Assembly: GCA_010015585.1 (NCBI GenBank)
Contig: ML975152.1
Reading direction: 5' to 3' (one strand)
DNA: 64,000 nucleotides
Origin: Eremomyces bilateralis CBS 781.70
Taxonomy: Eukaryota
Shown: positions 59,091 to 64,000 of the stretch, piece after piece
Layout of the letters: the number at the start of each line of letters is the position of its first letter
How positions within the stretch are numbered: position 1 is the first letter of the stretch
Translations under genes and position numbers: made by a program
The notes under the pieces: generated by a model
What the model saw: the letters and a program-made list of their open reading frames with translations, nothing else
Databases searched by the model: none
Told to the model about the DNA's origin: nothing

Positions 59091-62000
59091 CTACCTCCAC
59101 TCCTCCTTCAACACCCATTTCCCTCTACCCCCCCTCGCTCCCCGTTCCAACGTCGCAATCTCCCGCAACAACTCCTTAAACTCCGCCGTCTTCTCCTCCG
59201 TCCGACAAAACCGATTAAAGTGATCCACCAACATCTGACTATACGCCGCCCCGCCATGCGCCTTCAAAAACCCCTGAATCATCCCCAGCAGATCCGTCCC
59301 GCCCGGCTGTTCACTCCCCCCTCGCGACCCCCCCTCGCCCCCTCCGCTCCGATTTCCCACCGGCGTCGACGTCCCCGACCGACTCACATTATGCAACGCC
59401 AGCAGCGCCGCCCCGCTCATCGGCGCCTGCCCTCTCCCCCGTCCACGCATCCCCACGCCCGTCCGCGGCACGGGCACCGGGCTGCGCGTCTGCGCGCGCT
59501 CTTCCGGCCGGCCTGCGGTGCCGAACTGTCCCGTCCAAGTGACAGTGCCGGGCGTCACGGTGCGGGCCACCTCGCCGGCACGCTGGAGCTGGACGGCGGC
59601 GGAGGCGGCGATGCGCTTGGCTTCGGCGGCGATGATATGGGGGTCCGGGGCGACTTTGCGGGAGCGGTAAGGGGTGTTTGAGGCGAGGACGGCGTCGTGG
59701 GAGACGGTGGAGTGGAGATGAGATCGGGGGAAAAGAGCAGTCATGAGAGGGTCTGCTTGGGCTGTAGAGGGTTCTTCGGGCTTGGCTCCTAGGGTGGTTG
59801 GGGTGGGTTCTTCGGTTTGGAAATCTTCTTGATGAGCTATGCCTTTGACGTTGGCGAGGTCGTCGGTTGTTGTCGCCGTGGTGGTAGCTTTCCCGGACTC
59901 GAACTCTGTTGGTGGAGTAGGCATCCCAGCTCCAGTCTGCTTCGGATCACTAGAACGCAGCTTGACTTCGCTTCCTCGGAAGAGAGAGCTCGTCTCGGTC
60001 TGACTCTCATCCTCACCGCCAAGGGTGAATAGGTCGTGCAAATCGCTGAAATGGAACGTTCGTTGTTGCTTCGGGTCTTTTAGGATCTTATTTGTCAGAA
60101 ACTGCTTGAAGATCTGACGGTGGTAGATTTTCTCTTCGATGGTCCCAGCGGTCATGAGTCGGTATATTTCAACCTCTCGTTTCTGACCGAGGCGCCATGC
60201 TCGTTCTCGGGCTTGAACATCCGTCGAAGGATTCCAGTCGGGGTCATAAATGATCACGCGATCGGCTCCCACAAGGTTTACCCCTAACCCACCGACTTTC
60301 GTCGTGAGCAGGAATACATGCAAGTCAGGGTCGCGATTAAATTCATCCACGAGGGACTGGCGGTCCTTGATGGATGTATTACCGTCCATACGCACGTATC
60401 GAAGACCTTCCATCTTCTTCATGAACTTCTCAAGAATATCGAGCATGATGCGGTGCTGCGCGAAGAGCAATGTTTTGTGACCGTTCCGTCGCCAGATATC
60501 GACAAGAGATTTGACCACTTGCATCTTGCCTGACTTCGAACCAATGCCATAGTTGTAGTCCGATTTGATAGAAAGCCGCTTGTGGTCCACAAGGTCTGGG
60601 TGATTGCAGATCTTCCTCAAGATATCGATGCCGTAGAGCGACTGGCGTCTGCCAGCCAAGATTGACTTCATCTCTTCCGAACCGAGGAACTCCTCGTATG
60701 CGTTCCTTTGCAGCATCGTGAGTTTGCAGAAGAGCACGCGTTCAGTCTTCTTCGGAAGGTCTGCGGCAACATCAATTTTGAACCGTTGCAGAAGATACGG
60801 ACTAATGGTCTCCTTCAAGGTTTCAGCGCATCTAATCGCCGTCTCGACTTGCAGGTTCGACGCATTCGCGTAACCTCCCTGCTTGATCGGAAACTCGAAC
60901 TGATTTCTGAAGTTTACCAATGTGCCCAAGCGCATTGGGAAGACAAAGTCGAACAACGACCATAGCTCCGTGAGGTTGTTCTGCATGGGTGTGCCGGACA
61001 AAATGATTCGGTTCGGAGTAACCAGTTCTTTGCAGAAAATCGTAATCTGTGCGTTTGGGTTTCGGATTTTATGACCTTCGTCAAGAACGGCGTATTCCCA
61101 GTCCACAGGTATAAGAAGCCCGGCATACGTCTGCAACCCTGAATATGTCGTGACAAGCACGTGGCCCTCTTTTACCACTCGATCAACGATCTTCTTAGCG
61201 GCTTTTTGAGGTCCAGTGAGACGTCTGTTTGACGAAAAAGGCTGTCGCTCAAGGTCATCCTCAAGCTCCCGCTCCCTTTTGACATCCATCATTCCACTTC
61301 CGGAGGTGTGCAAGATAGACACACGGAACGGTGGCCACCAGCGATGGAACTCATTGACCCACTGCTTCATCACGGTAGCTGGCGTGACTACCACGATTGG
61401 CTTCGTCAATTTCTTCGAATAATGAAGACCAGCTAGAAACGATATGGTTTGGATCGTTTTCCCCAGGCCCATCTCGTCCCCGACGATACCGCCAACCTGT
61501 TGGGAATAGAGCTCCCAAAGCCATTGCACTCCAGTCTTCTGGTAGTCGAATAATGATGGGTAGATATCTCCGGGAATACGGAACCCGCCATCGAATCGGG
61601 CATCGGCACGAGTGGGATGCGGTTGGTACCATTCTTCCATGTCTGTGCTGTCTTCCATTGCTGTGTCTGCTTCGGCCGCTCCAGCACGAGCTTTCCGCCT
61701 TGCCGCGCTCCGCCTCTTAACCCAACTACTCAATCGAGATTGGTATAGGCTCTCGTTACCATCATCAAGGCCCGCTAGATCCCCTTCCTCTTCCTCAACA
61801 TCTTGTTTAGCTTTTAACGATTGTGCTGTCGACTTTCGAATTCGCTTAGGAGCGGGAGTATCCAGAACAAAGTCTTCATCTTCGCCATCAACTTCCTCCT
61901 CACTCTCCTCAGACTCTCCAAGAGTAGCCAGACCCTTATCATCCATCCCCGGCGAATACTCGTCTTCCGACACCTCGACTTCATCCGTAAACGACGCGGA

Positions 62001-62783
62001 TTCGTCTCCGATAGCTTCGCGGTGCGTTTGGACTCTCCGCCTTTTCGAAGGACGTTCTGGCGTATCCAAGGCCGAGCTGGCTTCGCTGGTCTCGTCTTCG
62101 AAAAAACCTGGACGCATAAGATGCTGATGTGATACAGGCCCGTCGGTATCCACCGCAGCCTTCTCCTTCTCCAAATCAGCCTGCTCTACCTCTGCATCCA
62201 ACATGACGTCCTGCAAGTTGGAAGACATTCGAGGGACTTGCGCCATTTTCGAAAAAGGAGTGATCTTCCCCGTACGTATGAGAAAATCTCGCCGACTCTC
62301 ATTGGAGAGCGGCAGTTGTGTGTCCCCTTCAGTCCCGCCATATTGTTCCTTGTGCCTCTCTTCGATTCGCTGAGCTATCTGTTCTAGCTCTTCGTCAAGA
62401 CTCTTGAGCTGCTCCTCAAGCTGAGTAATATCTACGCGGGCTTTGGCTCTGGCGGAGGCGCCAATCGGCAGGCTGAGGCGTTGTCGTAGTAGCTTCAATT
62501 GAGACTCGCACCGTCGGCGGTTGGTCTCGGTTTTCTCGATTCGCTTATTATCGCGTTCATCCGATTGCTTGGTGAGAATCTCATCGGCTTGTCTCCCTAT
62601 GTCGCGCACCAGATCATCTTGGTTGCGAGCTGCAGCAAGGAATCCTAGTTGTTCCTCGTCATTCATTTCAGGCTCCTTAGGCGCAGTGTGTGCCTCTGAA
62701 TCCTCTGCCATGACACTTTCTGCCCGGGTATCCGTCGCTCTCTCATAAGCATTATCGCTCGGGGCTCCTTGGGGACCTTCCAT
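59091..62783 (-). CDS. RAD26: Snf2-family ATPase Rad26/Rhp26 (CSB/ERCC6), transcription-coupled repair
   Basis: LIRTGKITPF, DDGNE, LFDYQKTGVQWLWEL, GDEMGLGKT, DEGH, LSGTPMQN, LLTTKVGGLGVNL, QARERAWRLGQ, C-terminal winged-helix-like end (WVLKEEW). Likely ATG at 62783. Confidence 0.95.
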   Translation of the reverse strand: MEGPQGAPSDNAYERATDTRAESVMAEDSEAHTAPKEPEMNDEEQLGFLAAARNQDDLVRDIGRQADEILTKQSDERDNKRIEKTETNRRRCESQLKLLRQRLSLPIGASARAKARVDITQLEEQLKSLDEELEQIAQRIEERHKEQYGGTEGDTQLPLSNESRRDFLIRTGKITPFSKMAQVPRMSSNLQDVMLDAEVEQADLEKEKAAVDTDGPVSHQHLMRPGFFEDETSEASSALDTPERPSKRRRVQTHREAIGDESASFTDEVEVSEDEYSPGMDDKGLATLGESEESEEEVDGEDEDFVLDTPAPKRIRKSTAQSLKAKQDVEEEEGDLAGLDDGNESLYQSRLSSWVKRRSAARRKARAGAAEADTAMEDSTDMEEWYQPHPTRADARFDGGFRIPGDIYPSLFDYQKTGVQWLWELYSQQVGGIVGDEMGLGKTIQTISFLAGLHYSKKLTKPIVVVTPATVMKQWVNEFHRWWPPFRVSILHTSGSGMMDVKRERELEDDLERQPFSSNRRLTGPQKAAKKIVDRVVKEGHVLVTTYSGLQTYAGLLIPVDWEYAVLDEGHKIRNPNAQITIFCKELVTPNRIILSGTPMQNNLTELWSLFDFVFPMRLGTLVNFRNQFEFPIKQGGYANASNLQVETAIRCAETLKETISPYLLQRFKIDVAADLPKKTERVLFCKLTMLQRNAYEEFLGSEEMKSILAGRRQSLYGIDILRKICNHPDLVDHKRLSIKSDYNYGIGSKSGKMQVVKSLVDIWRRNGHKTLLFAQHRIMLDILEKFMKKMEGLRYVRMDGNTSIKDRQSLVDEFNRDPDLHVFLLTTKVGGLGVNLVGADRVIIYDPDWNPSTDVQARERAWRLGQKREVEIYRLMTAGTIEEKIYHRQIFKQFLTNKILKDPKQQRTFHFSDLHDLFTLGGEDESQTETSSLFRGSEVKLRSSDPKQTGAGMPTPPTEFESGKATTTATTTDDLANVKGIAHQEDFQTEEPTPTTLGAKPEEPSTAQADPLMTALFPRSHLHSTVSHDAVLASNTPYRSRKVAPDPHIIAAEAKRIAASAAVQLQRAGEVARTVTPGTVTWTGQFGTAGRPEERAQTRSPVPVPRTGVGMRGRGRGQAPMSGAALLALHNVSRSGTSTPVGNRSGGGEGGSRGGSEQPGGTDLLGMIQGFLKAHGGAAYSQMLVDHFNRFCRTEEKTAEFKELLREIATLERGARGGRGKWVLKEEWR

Positions 62784-63347
62784 GCTTCCGCTGCTTGTTC
62801 TGACCGAGTAGATATTCCTCGACACCAGAGGGCAAAGTGGCGGAAGTACGAAGGCGAATTGAAAAGTCCCGTACGCCTGGAGACTTAAATACCCTGGTGT
62901 AGTAAAATAGCGAAGGACATGTGAATGAACGGGTATAAAGCGATTCACTTCCACTTCGCCTCAATGATCGCGCTCCTCAAACGGCAAAGGTGCGAGATTG
63001 TCGCGAAGTCACAAGACGATGCGTCATAAGCAACAGTGCAATTGCAGGATATGAATTTAAGGCAATGAGGCGTAAATTTGACAATCACCAACCCGTGCAC
63101 GTGATTAGGCTGAAAGTGTGAGGGCGATATGATTGGTCAACTGCCAAAATTTCTAGACATCGCGATATTGAGGGACTTGAATCAACGAGATTCGCAGCGT
63201 CCTACGTCTATTTCCTCGCGCCTGAAGACGGACCCGTAAGGCTTGTCTCATAAAATGCCAACTAGAACGCTTTCCCGACCGTAGCCCATTCCTACCACCT
63301 CAAGACGCAGGGTTTGATTACCTCCAAGTCCCCTCCGCTCATCCAGC

Positions 63348-64000
63348 ATGGCTACTAAAGACACCACCACCACCACCGAGCAAGAGCTCGCTCAGCTCCG
63401 GCAACAACAATTTGAATCCGTCAAATCCGGGCTCGCGAAGGCGCTCATCATCGTATGCCCGGTCCTTCTCCTCGCCCCGCCTCGAAAACTCAACGTGTTC
63501 ACACTTGGCCTTTCGTCAGTATGGTCCGCCAGCTTGGACCATCAGATTCAGGAGTACACGGGTCGGTCGATGTTCCAGCATCTCGCGCCAATAGTGTTTA
63601 GTACACAGGCCTCGGACGGCTTGCCGACGGAAAAAGCTCGAGAGATTCAGAGGTTGCTGAGAGAGCAGAGAGAGAGCGGCCGTACGAACAAAGCGGAGCA
63701 GGACAGGTTGCAGGCTACGGCGTCCAGAGGTGCCGTGGCTATGCCGGCAACGCTGGTACGCTCTGAGACCGGGAGCCAGTTGGAGGAACCGCAGCAGCCA
63801 GATAAACGGAGCGTACTGCAAAAGATGTGGATGGGAGACGAAAAGGAGGGCTGGAAGGAGAGAAGACTACAGGAGGAGAGGGAGAAACTGGCTGAAGGAA
63901 AAGGCTATTGGGATATGATGATCGAGCAGATTTGGGAAGTTTGGAGCTGGGAGAAACAAGATGAAAAGAATACTCCTGCAGATGATGGGAGCAAGGAACT
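63348..64000 (+). CDS. Hypothetical fungal membrane-associated protein, runs off the window end
   Basis: ATG at 63348 opens a frame to the edge: ALIIVCPVLLLAPPRKLNVFT, EYTGRS, GLPTEKARE, KMWMGDEKEGWKERRL, GKGYWDMMIEQIWEVW. Confidence 0.75.
   Translation, partial: MATKDTTTTTEQELAQLRQQQFESVKSGLAKALIIVCPVLLLAPPRKLNVFTLGLSSVWSASLDHQIQEYTGRSMFQHLAPIVFSTQASDGLPTEKAREIQRLLREQRESGRTNKAEQDRLQATASRGAVAMPATLVRSETGSQLEEPQQPDKRSVLQKMWMGDEKEGWKERRLQEEREKLAEGKGYWDMMIEQIWEVWSWEKQDEKNTPADDGSKE

Overview
Gene-dense window of a filamentous ascomycete genome: GT-AG introns with CTAAC/CTGAC-type branch points, ~50% GC, no bacterial features. Housekeeping genes: betaine-aldehyde-type dehydrogenase, DHA1 MFS transporter, C2H2 zinc-finger protein, YAK1 kinase, eIF3c/NIP1, SNF8/VPS22, MAE1-type transporter, TOR, an Rsc7/Npl6-type subunit, a Clg1-like cyclin, RPL7 with an intronic box C/D snoRNA, and RAD26/CSB. 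The standout is a ~7.5 kb accessory block (23.3-30.7 kb) between SNF8 and MAE1. It holds a frameshifted Tc1 (DD34E) transposase, an intact HET-domain gene, and an intact intronless 813-aa gene with the full architecture of Spok meiotic-drive poison-antidote proteins (heptad-repeat coiled coil, PD-(D/E)xK nuclease, C-x3-C-x13-C-x5-H cluster, C-terminal kinase). Other items: a dead Fot1/pogo element with its right end, a MITE-like inverted repeat, three internally deleted pseudogenes (aspartic protease, GPCR-like, GNAT-like), paired stems in RPL7 intron 1, and a recurring promoter motif. All family calls rest on motif recognition by eye; no database search was run.
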